A stretch of DNA of 64,000 bases, taken from assembly GCA_902788485.1 (NCBI GenBank), contig CADAKI010000001.1:114226-178225 (forward strand), in the 5' to 3' direction. The position numbers and the translations under genes are program-made. Shown here piece by piece: positions 38,711 through 48,788 of the stretch. Source of the DNA: an uncultured Pseudomonadota bacterium. GTDB lineage: Bacteria; Pseudomonadota; Alphaproteobacteria; Rs-D84. Position 1 is the stretch's first letter. Each line of letters opens with the position of its first letter. The notes under the pieces are model-generated. The model saw only the letters and a program-made list of their open reading frames with translations. It had not been told where the DNA came from and did not search any database.

Positions 38711-38852
38711 AAAATTCCCGGCCTTTTTGATAAAAAATGTCAAAAAAGCCGGTATTTTTTGCATAAATTGTATTTTGAATTTTGTACTCTGTATTTTTAA
38801 TGAATTTTCCCGGCATTTTTAATAAAAATGTTAAAAAAAGCCGGGAAATTTT
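38711..38852. repeat. Two tandem ~50-bp large-loop hairpin repeats (period about 91 bp)
   Basis: aaaaattcccggcctttttgataaaaaatgtcaaaaaagccggtatttttt and gaattttcccggcatttttaataaaaatgttaaaaaaagccgggaaatttt. A palindromic-element-arm-like tgtactctgta sits between them. Confidence 0.6.
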
Positions 38853-38928
38853 CCGACAAAAATTATTCTACAACAAATATAATCTGCCTGCGCCCCATAG
38901 TCGCAGCTCTGCGGAACACAGAGACGGA

Positions 38929-40545
38929 TTATTCTAAATACAAAAGTTTTTCCAATTTTTCATTTATTTCGGTAATTTTTTTCTTTATATCACTCAATTC
39001 TTCATTTGTGTAATTTTCGCCGTTTATCATACCCTGCATTTTTATCTTTAATTCTTGTTCCAATGCCGCCCGATACCGTTGCAGTTTTAACGACACAATA
39101 AATTTTTCCGCCGCACGCGCATCCCAACCTAAATCAGGCGCCGTTTCATCAAACGAAATATTTAAACTGGATAAAAAATCAGAATATTGACTGGCAATAT
39201 CAGGGAAATTATTCACAATATAAACCAATGTATTTTTCGTAACCAAATCCGTATCAGGCAATTTTATTTTTGGCGCATCTGATTTTTTCCAAGACCGCCA
39301 CTGTTGAAATTCGCGTTTTTTATATTCTTGTTCGATTTCATATTGTAATTTTTTGTCGGTAATTTTCTTTAATTCGGTATCTAAAAATTTTTCCGCCTGG
39401 GCGCGCCCACCGGGTGTTGATACCAAAAAATTTTGATTTACCCAATTCCATAAAAAATCAATCAGTGGTGTGGCATCATCAATAATTTTACGCATTGCGG
39501 TATCGCCGGCACCTTTTAAAACCTCGTCCGGGTCTTTGCCACCCACGACAAACGCAAATCGCACATCAGAATTATCGCGCACAAACGGTAAAACAATGGA
39601 TGCCGCCCGCGCCGCCGCTTTTTGTCCGGCATTGTCGCCATCAAAACAAAATGTGATATTTCTATTTGATTTACATAAAATTGCAATATGGTCTTCGGTT
39701 AATGCGGTACCCAAAGGTGCCACAGTTTCACCAAATCCATGGCATTGCATTTGGATTGCGTCGATTTGACCCTCGACAACAATACTGCGATTTTTTTTAT
39801 AAATTTCATCGCGTGCAAAATTAAATCCGAAAACAGTTTTCCGTTTATGAAATAATTCCGTATCGGTTGTGTTTATATATTTAGGTTCAGATCCGTCAAG
39901 ACTGCGCCCAGAAAACGCAACAACTTTTCCTTTTGCATCAAAAATTGGAAACATTAATTTATGGCGGAAAAAATCATACATTCCATATTCGCCACGCCGA
40001 ACCAGTCCCGTCGCCAACAAATTTGTTTGTTTTATATCGACAAATTTTGATGAAATTAAATTGTTTTTTGGTGCATAACCAATGCGATATTTTTTTATCA
40101 TATCATCGGAAAACCCGCGCCCGCGCACATAACTTAACGCGTCCGCACCCATGGGTTCAAATAATAATTTTTGATATTCTTTTGTGGCGCGTTCCATAAT
40201 TTCAAAATAAGAATCTTCTAAACGCACCCTTTCCGGGGATTTTTGTTTATATTCCGGCATTTTCATACCCGCCATATCGGCCAATTCACGTATCGCCGCC
40301 GGATATTCCAAATGTTCGGTATTCATCACAAATGAAATAATATCGCCGTGTGCGCCACATCCAAAACAATGATAAAAACCTTTTTCTTCGGCAACAGAAA
40401 AAGATGGTGTTTTTTCATTATGAAACGGGCAACATCCCCAATAATTTTGACCCTTTTTAACCAATGGCACCCGACGGCCAACGATGTCCACAATAGACAA
40501 TCGCATGCGTAATTCATCAACAAAATTATTATCAAATTTTGCCAA
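38929..40545 (-). CDS. dnaG: DNA primase
   Basis: Zinc-finger CPFHNEKTPSFSV..CFGCGAHGD, Toprim domain; 538 aa. Confidence 0.9.
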   Translation of the reverse strand: MAKFDNNFVDELRMRLSIVDIVGRRVPLVKKGQNYWGCCPFHNEKTPSFSVAEEKGFYHCFGCGAHGDIISFVMNTEHLEYPAAIRELADMAGMKMPEYKQKSPERVRLEDSYFEIMERATKEYQKLLFEPMGADALSYVRGRGFSDDMIKKYRIGYAPKNNLISSKFVDIKQTNLLATGLVRRGEYGMYDFFRHKLMFPIFDAKGKVVAFSGRSLDGSEPKYINTTDTELFHKRKTVFGFNFARDEIYKKNRSIVVEGQIDAIQMQCHGFGETVAPLGTALTEDHIAILCKSNRNITFCFDGDNAGQKAAARAASIVLPFVRDNSDVRFAFVVGGKDPDEVLKGAGDTAMRKIIDDATPLIDFLWNWVNQNFLVSTPGGRAQAEKFLDTELKKITDKKLQYEIEQEYKKREFQQWRSWKKSDAPKIKLPDTDLVTKNTLVYIVNNFPDIASQYSDFLSSLNISFDETAPDLGWDARAAEKFIVSLKLQRYRAALEQELKIKMQGMINGENYTNEELSDIKKKITEINEKLEKLLYLE

Positions 40546-40548
40546 TTA

Positions 40549-42819
40549 TTATTTTCCTTTTTTTGCCGGTTTCCGTGCATTTACAGCCGGTTTTTTATTA
40601 TTTATCAATTCGATTGCCGCGTCCAATGTTGGTTGCGATTTTACCGACACATTTACACAACCCGATGATATATATGGTCCATATCGACCGGTTGCATAAT
40701 ATAAAATCTTTTGTTTTGTTGCGGGGTTTTCACCCAATTCAACCGCAACCCGACCCGCCGATTTTTTATCCAATAAATCTTTGGCAATATCCACCGTCAT
40801 TGTATCAACAGTATAACCTTTGGCCGATGCATTTTTTGCACCATCAGATACATATGGTCCAAATTTTCCCGTCGGATAAAAAGTCAAATTATCACCCAAA
40901 TCAATCGGAGAATTTGGCTGATTTACTGCATTTACATCGTTTTCTGGCGCGGCGTTTCCATCACCAATTTTAACCGTATAATCGCATGTCGGATAATTAC
41001 TGCACCCAATAAACGCACCGTATTTTGATAATTTTATCCCCAACGCACCACCACATTTTGGACATTTTGTTTGACCGTCCGGGAACAGGTGATGCGTCAT
41101 AAATTCATTTATTACATCAATAATTTCCGATGTTTTAATAGAACGCGCGGCCTCAATCGTTTCGTTTGTTGGTGTCCAAAATTCATTTAACGCGGTAATT
41201 TTTTTCATTTTACCATTTGAAACATCATCCAAAGTATCTTCGGTTTTGGCGGTAAAATTCACATCAACCAATTCGGTAAAATATTTTGATAAATATGCCG
41301 AAATAATCCACCCCGCCGATGTCGGATGAAAACGATGTTGTTTATCTTGTTCGACATAACTGCGGTCAACGATAGTTGACATAATTGTTGCATATGTTGA
41401 CGGGCGCCCTATTCCCAATTCTTCCAATTTTTTAACCAAAGTGGCCTCGGTAAATCGGGCGGGCGGTGTTGTGAAATGTTGTTCAGGATTAAATTTCACG
41501 ATATTTAATTTATCGCCAACATTTAACGGTGGTAATTTTTCATTATCATCCGTTGTGTCATCGTCACGTGATTCGTTATAAATATGTAAGAAACCATCAA
41601 ATGTGCATGTGGTGCCAATACTGTGGAAAATTGCATCCGCGGTATCCGGTTTAATATCAACAACAACCGAATCAAATTCTGCGTTTATCATTTGGCAAGA
41701 AACCGTGCGCCGCCAAATTAAATCATACAATTTTTGTGCATCCGTATCTAACCCGGTTGCCGGCGCATTAAAATGCGTTGGACGAATTGCCTCGTGTGCT
41801 TCCTGGGCGTTTTTAGATTTTGTCACATAAACATTTGGTGATTTAGGCAGATATTTTTCCCCATATGTTTTTTCAATATATTTGCGGATTTCACCAACGG
41901 CCTCGGCCGATAAATTTGTGGCGTCTGTTCGCATATATGTAATTAAACCTTGTTCATACAAATGTTGCGCGACCGACATAGTGCGTTTTGATGAAAACCG
42001 TAATTTACGCGATGCCTCTTGTTGCAGTGTACTTGTGGTAAATGGTGCAAACGCGCGCCGTGATGTTTTCTTTTTTTCAACATTTATAACCGCGGCAGAA
42101 ATTTCAGGTTTTCCCAAATCCGCCAAAATTTTATCAATGGTTTCTTTATCTTTGATGGTTTGCTTATCAATTTTTTCATTTTTATATTTAATCAAACTGC
42201 TATTGAACTTTGCACTTTGAACTTTGCACTCTGCTTGCAAAGACCAATATTCGACTGGACGAAATGCCTCTATCTCGCGTTCGCGGTCAACGACCAATTT
42301 TACCGCAACCGATTGTACGCGACCCGCCGACCGCCCCAGGTTTCGCCGCCATAACAAAGGCGATACACCAAAACCAATTAAGTAATCCAGTGCCCTGCGC
42401 ACAATATACGCATCAACCAAATTAGAATCGATTTCCCTGGGTTCTTTTATTGCCGCCATAACAGCATTTTTTGTAATTTCATGAAATGCGACACGATAAA
42501 CCGGTTTTTTACCCAACACGCGCCGTGATTTTAATATATCCAACAAATGCCACGCGATGGCCTCGCCCTCGCGGTCCGGGTCCGATGCCAAATACACTGC
42601 GTCGGCTTGCTTTACCAAATCAATAATCAATTTTAATTGTTTTTCTTTGCCCGGCATAATTTGCCATTTCATTTTGAAATTGTCAGATGTATCAACACTG
42701 CCATTTTCGGGCACCAAATCACGCACATGACCGACCGATGCAACGACACGCCATGGTGCACCCAAATATTTTTCAATCGTTTTTGCTTTCGATGGTGATT
42801 CTACAATCAATAAATTCAT
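40549..42819 (-). CDS. topA: DNA topoisomerase I
   Basis: 756 aa; Toprim, active-site region, C-terminal Zn-ribbon CPKCGG. Carries a palindromic-element heptamer array in frame at 42204-42233. Confidence 0.9.
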   Translation of the reverse strand: MNLLIVESPSKAKTIEKYLGAPWRVVASVGHVRDLVPENGSVDTSDNFKMKWQIMPGKEKQLKLIIDLVKQADAVYLASDPDREGEAIAWHLLDILKSRRVLGKKPVYRVAFHEITKNAVMAAIKEPREIDSNLVDAYIVRRALDYLIGFGVSPLLWRRNLGRSAGRVQSVAVKLVVDREREIEAFRPVEYWSLQAECKVQSAKFNSSLIKYKNEKIDKQTIKDKETIDKILADLGKPEISAAVINVEKKKTSRRAFAPFTTSTLQQEASRKLRFSSKRTMSVAQHLYEQGLITYMRTDATNLSAEAVGEIRKYIEKTYGEKYLPKSPNVYVTKSKNAQEAHEAIRPTHFNAPATGLDTDAQKLYDLIWRRTVSCQMINAEFDSVVVDIKPDTADAIFHSIGTTCTFDGFLHIYNESRDDDTTDDNEKLPPLNVGDKLNIVKFNPEQHFTTPPARFTEATLVKKLEELGIGRPSTYATIMSTIVDRSYVEQDKQHRFHPTSAGWIISAYLSKYFTELVDVNFTAKTEDTLDDVSNGKMKKITALNEFWTPTNETIEAARSIKTSEIIDVINEFMTHHLFPDGQTKCPKCGGALGIKLSKYGAFIGCSNYPTCDYTVKIGDGNAAPENDVNAVNQPNSPIDLGDNLTFYPTGKFGPYVSDGAKNASAKGYTVDTMTVDIAKDLLDKKSAGRVAVELGENPATKQKILYYATGRYGPYISSGCVNVSVKSQPTLDAAIELINNKKPAVNARKPAKKGK
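42204..42233. repeat. Palindromic element arm copy PE-2 (tgaactttgcactttgaactttgcactctg), in frame inside topA
   Basis: Reads as ECKVQSAKFNSS in a variable TopA region, in the same frame and orientation as PE-1. Confidence 0.55.
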
Positions 42820-42822
42820 TGT

Positions 42823-43971
42823 CTAACTTCCTTTGGCAGATAATTGTTGGTCTTTATTTATATGTGCATTTTGGCATAATCCAAACCCAAACATCAGTGA
42901 AAGTAAACTGCTGCCACCGAAAGACATCAACGGCAACGGCACACCAACGGTTGGTAATAAACCCAACACCATGGATATATTTATAAAATAATAAACGAAA
43001 AAGTTCAACATAAAACCAAAACACACCAATTGCCCAAATCTGTTCTTGCATGTTTTTGCGCACCAAAACAGCACCAAAATAATCCATGTATATATCATCA
43101 ATAATAAAAACGCGCCGATGAAACCAAATTCTTCACCCAGCATAGTAAATATGAAATCGGTCTGTTTTTCGGGTAAAAAAGATTGTTGTGATTGTGTGCC
43201 CGACATATAACCTTTGCCGAAAATACCGCCCGAACCGAACGCAATTTTCGCCTGGTTTATTTGATATCCGGCACCTTTTGCATCATGGTCAGGGTCCAAA
43301 AAAGTAATAATACGGTCTCGCTGATAATCGTGTAATCCACCAAACCACACAACCGGCGCCGCCATAACACCCAAAATTGCAACGATGATAAACCACTTTT
43401 TTTGTGCGCCAACAATATAAAATATACCAAACATAATCATCAACATCGACAAAGCCGTCCCCAAATCAGGTTGCACAACAATCAATGCAAACGGTATAAA
43501 TGTCATACACACCGGCGCAATATAGTTTTTACTTTGCGTCAATTCCACCGAATTCATCCATGCGAAATATCGCGCCAACGCCAAAACCAATGCGATTTTA
43601 ATAAACTCGGACGGTTGAATATTTATAAATCCCAAATTTAACCACCGTTGTGCCCCCATACCAACATCGCCAACAAATGTCACCAAAACAATTAAAATAA
43701 ATGCAATGGTGTAAATTAAATATGCGGACTTTAACCACAATTTAATACTGGAAAACGCAACCCAGAAAAATACAACAAAACCCAATAAAATTTTTATCAA
43801 TTGTGGCCCGGCAAATGGTTGCCAATGCCCCCCACCCGCCGAAAATAACACCATGACAGATATGGCCAAAACAATGCACATAGGTAAAAATAATCCCCAC
43901 AAAAACCGTGACAATTTTTCACCGATTGTCATCATATCTGCATTTGAAACGCGTGTTTGGTGTATCATCAT
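42823..43971 (-). CDS. rodA: SEDS-family peptidoglycan glycosyltransferase RodA
   Basis: 382 aa, about 10 TM, FtsW/RodA motifs; immediately downstream of PBP2. Confidence 0.8.
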   Translation of the reverse strand: MMIHQTRVSNADMMTIGEKLSRFLWGLFLPMCIVLAISVMVLFSAGGGHWQPFAGPQLIKILLGFVVFFWVAFSSIKLWLKSAYLIYTIAFILIVLVTFVGDVGMGAQRWLNLGFINIQPSEFIKIALVLALARYFAWMNSVELTQSKNYIAPVCMTFIPFALIVVQPDLGTALSMLMIMFGIFYIVGAQKKWFIIVAILGVMAAPVVWFGGLHDYQRDRIITFLDPDHDAKGAGYQINQAKIAFGSGGIFGKGYMSGTQSQQSFLPEKQTDFIFTMLGEEFGFIGAFLLLMIYTWIILVLFWCAKTCKNRFGQLVCFGFMLNFFVYYFINISMVLGLLPTVGVPLPLMSFGGSSLLSLMFGFGLCQNAHINKDQQLSAKGS

Positions 43972-45749
43972 TTATCACCCTGTAATAATGTTTTCATAAC
44001 CGCTGCGACGGTTCGTGCGGCGGGGCCACTGCCGCCGGAATGTTCGGTAATAACACATACCGCATATTTTGGCGCATCCAATGGCGCATAACCAACGAAT
44101 AAACCGTGGTTTCGTTTATTCCACTCTAACTGTGATGCAGACAACACGCCCGTTGCGCGTTCGGCTTTCGATATATTGCGCACTTGGGATGTGCCGGTTT
44201 TTCCCGCCATTTTTGCACCATCAATATTTATCGCACTGCCCGATGCGGTTCCACCCGGTTGTGTCACCTGTTCCAAACCATGTTGTACAAATTTGATGTT
44301 TTTTTCACTTAATCCCAACGATTTGAATTTTGGTTTTTCATCACTGTAAATCAATCGTGGCACAACAATTTTATTCGACATCGCACGCGCAATCATAATC
44401 GCCAGTTGCAGACAGTTTGTTAAAATAAATCCCTGACCTATTCCAGAAATCACCGTGTCGCCATGTACCCATTGTGCGCCCACATGTTTTTCCTTCCAAT
44501 ATTTATCAGGTATATTTCCCGCCATTTCTTTTGGAAAAATATCCGTCATATATTTTTCGCCCAGCCCCAATCGTAATGCCATTTTGCGTATAACATCAAT
44601 ACCAATTTTTAACGCCAATCGATAAAAATAAATATCACACGAATGTGCCAACGCGCCCGCCAAATTTACGGTCCCATGACCTTTGTGTTCCCAACAATGA
44701 TATCTGCGGTCGCCGTAATCCCAATATCCCGGGCAATAAACAGTTTCATCCGGGGTGACGGCACCCGATTCCAATGCCGCCAATGCGACAACAATTTTAA
44801 ATGTGGAACCCGGCGGAAATAACCCCTCGACAGTTTTATTCACAAATGGTTTTGTATAATCAGACATCAGTTTTTCAACATATTCATCGGCGTCATCTGA
44901 TGTAAATTTACCCGCATCAAACCCCGGTGCCGATGTCATTGCCAAAATATCACCTGTTTCGATATCCAATGCGACACCACATCCGGCATTATGCTGAATC
45001 AGTGTATCATACAACACGCGTTGCGCATCCCACCGCACAGTTGTTTTAATATCCACCCCCGGCGTTGGTTGAATAAATTGTTCTTCGTCTTCGCCGGTAA
45101 TGCGTCCCACCGCGTTTGACAACATAACCGTTTGTCCGGGTGTGCCGGCCATGTCATCATTAAATCGTTTTTCCAAACCGGTAATTCCGGTGGTAAAAAA
45201 TGGTGCGTTCGCAACCGGATTTTTCGGTGCACCAACATAACCAAAAATATGTGCCCCAGATTCGCCCATTTCATATACGCGTGAAAACCCGGATGAAATA
45301 TGAACGCCGGGCAAATTTTTCGCACTAACCCGTGCCAAGTTTTTCCAATCTGTATGTTCAGAAATCAATACCGGTTGAAATTTTTGCTGTTTTCTAATTT
45401 GTGCCCAAATTCGTTTAAGTGTTTTTTCGCGCAATTTCAAATCCGCAGTCAGTGTGTTTAATAATTCATCCAAATTATCTGTTTCTTCGGGGACGACATA
45501 AATTCGATAAATTGGCGCATCGTGTGATATAGGTATTCCTTCGCGTGATAAAATCTTTCCGCGTTCCGGCATATTGATTTGAATACGAAAAGAATTATTT
45601 TCAGATTTCTTTTTATAATCGCGATAATTAAACACCTGCATTTGCAGCATGCGCAACACTAAAACCGATGTCAAAACCGCACCCGTTGTTAAAAACAGTG
45701 CACTGCGTCGGTCAAATGTATGTCCAACCTCGATATCAATCATCGCCAT
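43968..45749 (-). CDS. mrdA: Penicillin-binding protein 2 (elongasome transpeptidase)
   Basis: 593 aa; N-terminal anchor, SxxK (PGSTFKIV), SxN and KTG motifs. Confidence 0.85.
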   Translation of the reverse strand: MAMIDIEVGHTFDRRSALFLTTGAVLTSVLVLRMLQMQVFNYRDYKKKSENNSFRIQINMPERGKILSREGIPISHDAPIYRIYVVPEETDNLDELLNTLTADLKLREKTLKRIWAQIRKQQKFQPVLISEHTDWKNLARVSAKNLPGVHISSGFSRVYEMGESGAHIFGYVGAPKNPVANAPFFTTGITGLEKRFNDDMAGTPGQTVMLSNAVGRITGEDEEQFIQPTPGVDIKTTVRWDAQRVLYDTLIQHNAGCGVALDIETGDILAMTSAPGFDAGKFTSDDADEYVEKLMSDYTKPFVNKTVEGLFPPGSTFKIVVALAALESGAVTPDETVYCPGYWDYGDRRYHCWEHKGHGTVNLAGALAHSCDIYFYRLALKIGIDVIRKMALRLGLGEKYMTDIFPKEMAGNIPDKYWKEKHVGAQWVHGDTVISGIGQGFILTNCLQLAIMIARAMSNKIVVPRLIYSDEKPKFKSLGLSEKNIKFVQHGLEQVTQPGGTASGSAINIDGAKMAGKTGTSQVRNISKAERATGVLSASQLEWNKRNHGLFVGYAPLDAPKYAVCVITEHSGGSGPAARTVAAVMKTLLQGDK

Positions 45750-46194
45750 GCACCCTTTTTAAAAATCGAGTTATTGGCAAATATAATGCCACAACCCAAA
45801 TAAATACCCATAAACACCGTCCAATCATAATCCACGATAAATTTGTAATCATCAATATAAATAATGCCGCACCCATAAAAATCATAAATGATACAAGTGC
45901 ATTTTTATCAGCATGTTGCAAATCCAAGAAATATTGAAAACCATTGATTGCATACGCAATACAATATGCGCATGTCCAAAATAATTTTGTATCCATATTA
46001 TAATCAATTAAAAAACAAAATATAATCGCCATCAATGGCATCCAATTTATTGGACGCACAAAAGAATAATAAAAAATCGGTATAATCGCCAAAATTCCAC
46101 CCGGATTAAAAATATGTATCTGTAATCGCCACAATATAATCACCGCCAAAAACGGCGACACATCACGCAACCAAGAAACAAAATTTTTCATCAT
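45736..46194 (-). CDS. mreD: Rod shape-determining protein MreD
   Basis: 152-aa polytopic membrane protein between mreC and mrdA. Confidence 0.6.
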   Translation of the reverse strand: MMKNFVSWLRDVSPFLAVIILWRLQIHIFNPGGILAIIPIFYYSFVRPINWMPLMAIIFCFLIDYNMDTKLFWTCAYCIAYAINGFQYFLDLQHADKNALVSFMIFMGAALFILMITNLSWIMIGRCLWVFIWVVALYLPITRFLKRVHGDD

Positions 46195-47051
46195 TTGTAT
46201 TCGTTATTATTATCAAATTCTAAAACCTTGACACGGGAAACGGCGTCCGGCCGCAACACAGACACATCCGTATCATTTTTCATTGTGCCAACCAAAATAC
46301 CATTTGGCAAAACGCCACTGATATTACTGGTTATAACCGTCATGCCACGCGCAGGTTTAAATTCAGGCCGACTGAACAAACCGATTTCCGGGGTTGCCGA
46401 ACCGTCACCCGATAAAAAACCATAAACCTCGTCCCCGGCAATACGAACAGCAATATTACTGTCGGCATCGTTCAATGCGCGTACGCGTGAAAATTCGCCA
46501 CCGACATCCACAACCATGCCCGCCATGATACCATCAATCGATACAACCACCATACCGCGTTTAATACCGTCAAACACACCCTTGTTTATTAAAAAATTAC
46601 TGTGATGCAGTGCCACCGTATCATGAATAACATCCGCCATAATAACATTTTGTGGTGTTGCATGCACGATATCCAGTTCTGATTCCAATCGTTTGTTTTC
46701 CGCCATGGCAACCGTGCAATTATTTTGGTTTTCGCGTAACGCATCCAATTCCGCGCGTAATTTTTCGTTTTCTGCGCGTAAATTTGATAAATCATAAATG
46801 TTTTCAACCGATTCACCCAACGCGCGCACCGGCCAAGTAATAACATTTCCGACAAAATGCGCCACCGGTAAAATAACATGTCCCGCCCAATTTATCAGGT
46901 AAAAATCCGGCTTTGCGACCAACATATAAATAAATACTATTGGCACGGCAGCGGCGGCCGCCACCGATTTTAATAATTTTCCTGTGCGCAAAGATAGTGT
47001 GTTTTTATTCATTTTCACCGTAAGTTTAATGTCTAACAAATCAATATTCAA
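46191..47051 (-). CDS. mreC: Rod shape-determining protein MreC
   Basis: 286 aa; N-terminal anchor, coiled coil AENEKLRAELDALRENQ, beta domains. Confidence 0.75.
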   Translation of the reverse strand: MNIDLLDIKLTVKMNKNTLSLRTGKLLKSVAAAAAVPIVFIYMLVAKPDFYLINWAGHVILPVAHFVGNVITWPVRALGESVENIYDLSNLRAENEKLRAELDALRENQNNCTVAMAENKRLESELDIVHATPQNVIMADVIHDTVALHHSNFLINKGVFDGIKRGMVVVSIDGIMAGMVVDVGGEFSRVRALNDADSNIAVRIAGDEVYGFLSGDGSATPEIGLFSRPEFKPARGMTVITSNISGVLPNGILVGTMKNDTDVSVLRPDAVSRVKVLEFDNNNEYK

Positions 47052-47152
47052 TAAAAACTTGATTTTTCTTTTTTATATGCCAAAATAGTGGCATGAACCG
47101 TCTGAAATGGCAATGGCATTGCCATCAAGACATGAAACAAAAAGGATAAAAA

Positions 47153-47356
47153 ATGCCAAAATTAAAAACAAAGTCATATTTGAAAAAACGTGCATCTATG
47201 ACTGCAACTGGGAAAATCCGTGTTGCCAGAAATGCTCACAAAAAATTACTGCGTCATAAATCCAAACGCGCGAATAACGCCGGGTCTAAACCACAGTATT
47301 TGAACGAAAACATGATGGGCCAGGCGAAAATATTGGCGCCATACGGTTTGAAATAA
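47153..47356 (+). CDS. rpmI: 50S ribosomal protein L35
   Basis: MPKLKTKSYLKKR.., 67 aa, immediately followed by rplT. Confidence 0.85.
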   Translation: MPKLKTKSYLKKRASMTATGKIRVARNAHKKLLRHKSKRANNAGSKPQYLNENMMGQAKILAPYGLK

Positions 47357-47368
47357 TAGGGGGCAATT

Positions 47369-47737
47369 ATGGCAAGAGTAAAACGTGGAACAACAGTTAA
47401 ACAAAAACATAATAAAATTTTGGCGCGCGCCAAGGGTTATTTGGGCCGTCATCATTCAACATACCGTGCGGCACGCGAAAAAACAGAAAAGGCGGGTCAG
47501 TATGCATATCGCGACCGTCGCGTCAAAAAACGCGAATTTCGTGGTTTGTGGATTGTCCGTATCAACGCCGCGGTGCGCAATAACGGTTTAACATATTCTC
47601 AATTTATGAATGGCCTGCGCAAGGCGGGCGTCGCCCTGGACCGCAAGGTTTTGGCCGAAATGGCGTTTGTGGGTGATGAAAACTTCACAAAATTGATTGA
47701 TACTGCAAAACGATTTATTGGTGGGGATAAAAAATAA
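47369..47737 (+). CDS. rplT: 50S ribosomal protein L20
   Basis: [28 protein letters not shown] motif. Confidence 0.9.
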   Translation: MARVKRGTTVKQKHNKILARAKGYLGRHHSTYRAAREKTEKAGQYAYRDRRVKKREFRGLWIVRINAAVRNNGLTYSQFMNGLRKAGVALDRKVLAEMAFVGDENFTKLIDTAKRFIGGDKK

Positions 47738-47819
47738 TCCTTGGCGGATATCTATTGTTTTGTAATAATAAAGCCGTCAAGTATTTGGCGGCTTTTTATA
47801 TTTAATGAAAGGTTATGTT

Positions 47820-48776
47820 ATGCAGGAACAAATTAAAAACATCAATAGTTTGGAAGAATTACAAGAATTATACACATCTGTATTCGGTAAAAACGGAACC
47901 ATGACGGCAAAATTAAAAGAAATGTCCAAAATGGAACCAACCGCGCGTGCCGAATTAAATAAAGAAAATGCGGCGTTGCGTGATACGTTCAAAATCCGTC
48001 AATCTGAATTAGAAACCGCGGCATTGAACCAAAAATTAAAAACCGAATATATTGATGTGACATTGGATGTGGAACCCAAAAATCGTGGGACACTTCATCC
48101 ATTGACCGAAACTTTATTACAGGTTGGAACAATTTTAGAATCGTTGGGTTTTGAAATGTGGACCGGGCCCGAGGTTGAAGATGATTGGCATAACTTTACC
48201 GCGTTAAATACACCGTCATATCATCCGGCCCGTGATATGCAGGACAGTTTCTTTTTGGACAATGGTAATGTATTGCGCACACAAACATCTGCGATTCAAA
48301 TTCGCGCGATGGAAACGCATGGCGTGCCAATTAAAATGTTTGGTGTGGGGCGCACGTATCGCAAAGAAATGGATGCAACACACAGCCCTATGTTTGGTCA
48401 AATCGAGGGGTTATATGTTGATAAAATTGACACTCATATAACCATGTCTGATTTGGTTGCGACAATTCGTACGGTTTTAGAAAGATTCTTTGAAAAAAAA
48501 TTAGAAATGCGTATTCGTCCATCATACTTTCCATTTGTTGAACCAGGGATAGAGGTTGATATTAAATGGGGCGATAAATGGTTGGAAATCATGGGGGCCG
48601 GTATGGTGCATCCAAATGTATTGCGTAATTGTGGTGTGAACCCGGATGAATTTCAGGGCTTTGCATTTGGTTTTGGTTGGGATAGACTCGCAATGTTGAA
48701 ATACGGACTGAACGATATTAGAAAGTTTTATGACGGCGATGTGCGCTGGTTAAAAAATAGTGGTTTTGATGCTTAA
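47820..48776 (+). CDS. pheS: Phenylalanyl-tRNA synthetase alpha subunit
   Basis: Class II motifs; aligns with E. coli PheS throughout. Start at ATG 47820 with RBS aaagg. Confidence 0.9.
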   Translation: MQEQIKNINSLEELQELYTSVFGKNGTMTAKLKEMSKMEPTARAELNKENAALRDTFKIRQSELETAALNQKLKTEYIDVTLDVEPKNRGTLHPLTETLLQVGTILESLGFEMWTGPEVEDDWHNFTALNTPSYHPARDMQDSFFLDNGNVLRTQTSAIQIRAMETHGVPIKMFGVGRTYRKEMDATHSPMFGQIEGLYVDKIDTHITMSDLVATIRTVLERFFEKKLEMRIRPSYFPFVEPGIEVDIKWGDKWLEIMGAGMVHPNVLRNCGVNPDEFQGFAFGFGWDRLAMLKYGLNDIRKFYDGDVRWLKNSGFDA

Positions 48777-48788
48777 AGGAATGCAGAA

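Noticed and set aside
38711-38852. CRISPR array
   Set aside because: Only two repeat units, each an internal hairpin with a long loop, with no regular spacers; the 21-bp repeats at 51559-51621 are likewise only three contiguous units with no spacers. No cas genes are present.
47805-47819. Upstream ATG 47805 (MKGYVMQ..) as the pheS start
   Set aside because: ATG 47820 has a better-spaced RBS (aaagg, 7 nt), and the alignment to PheS begins there; the difference is only 5 codons.
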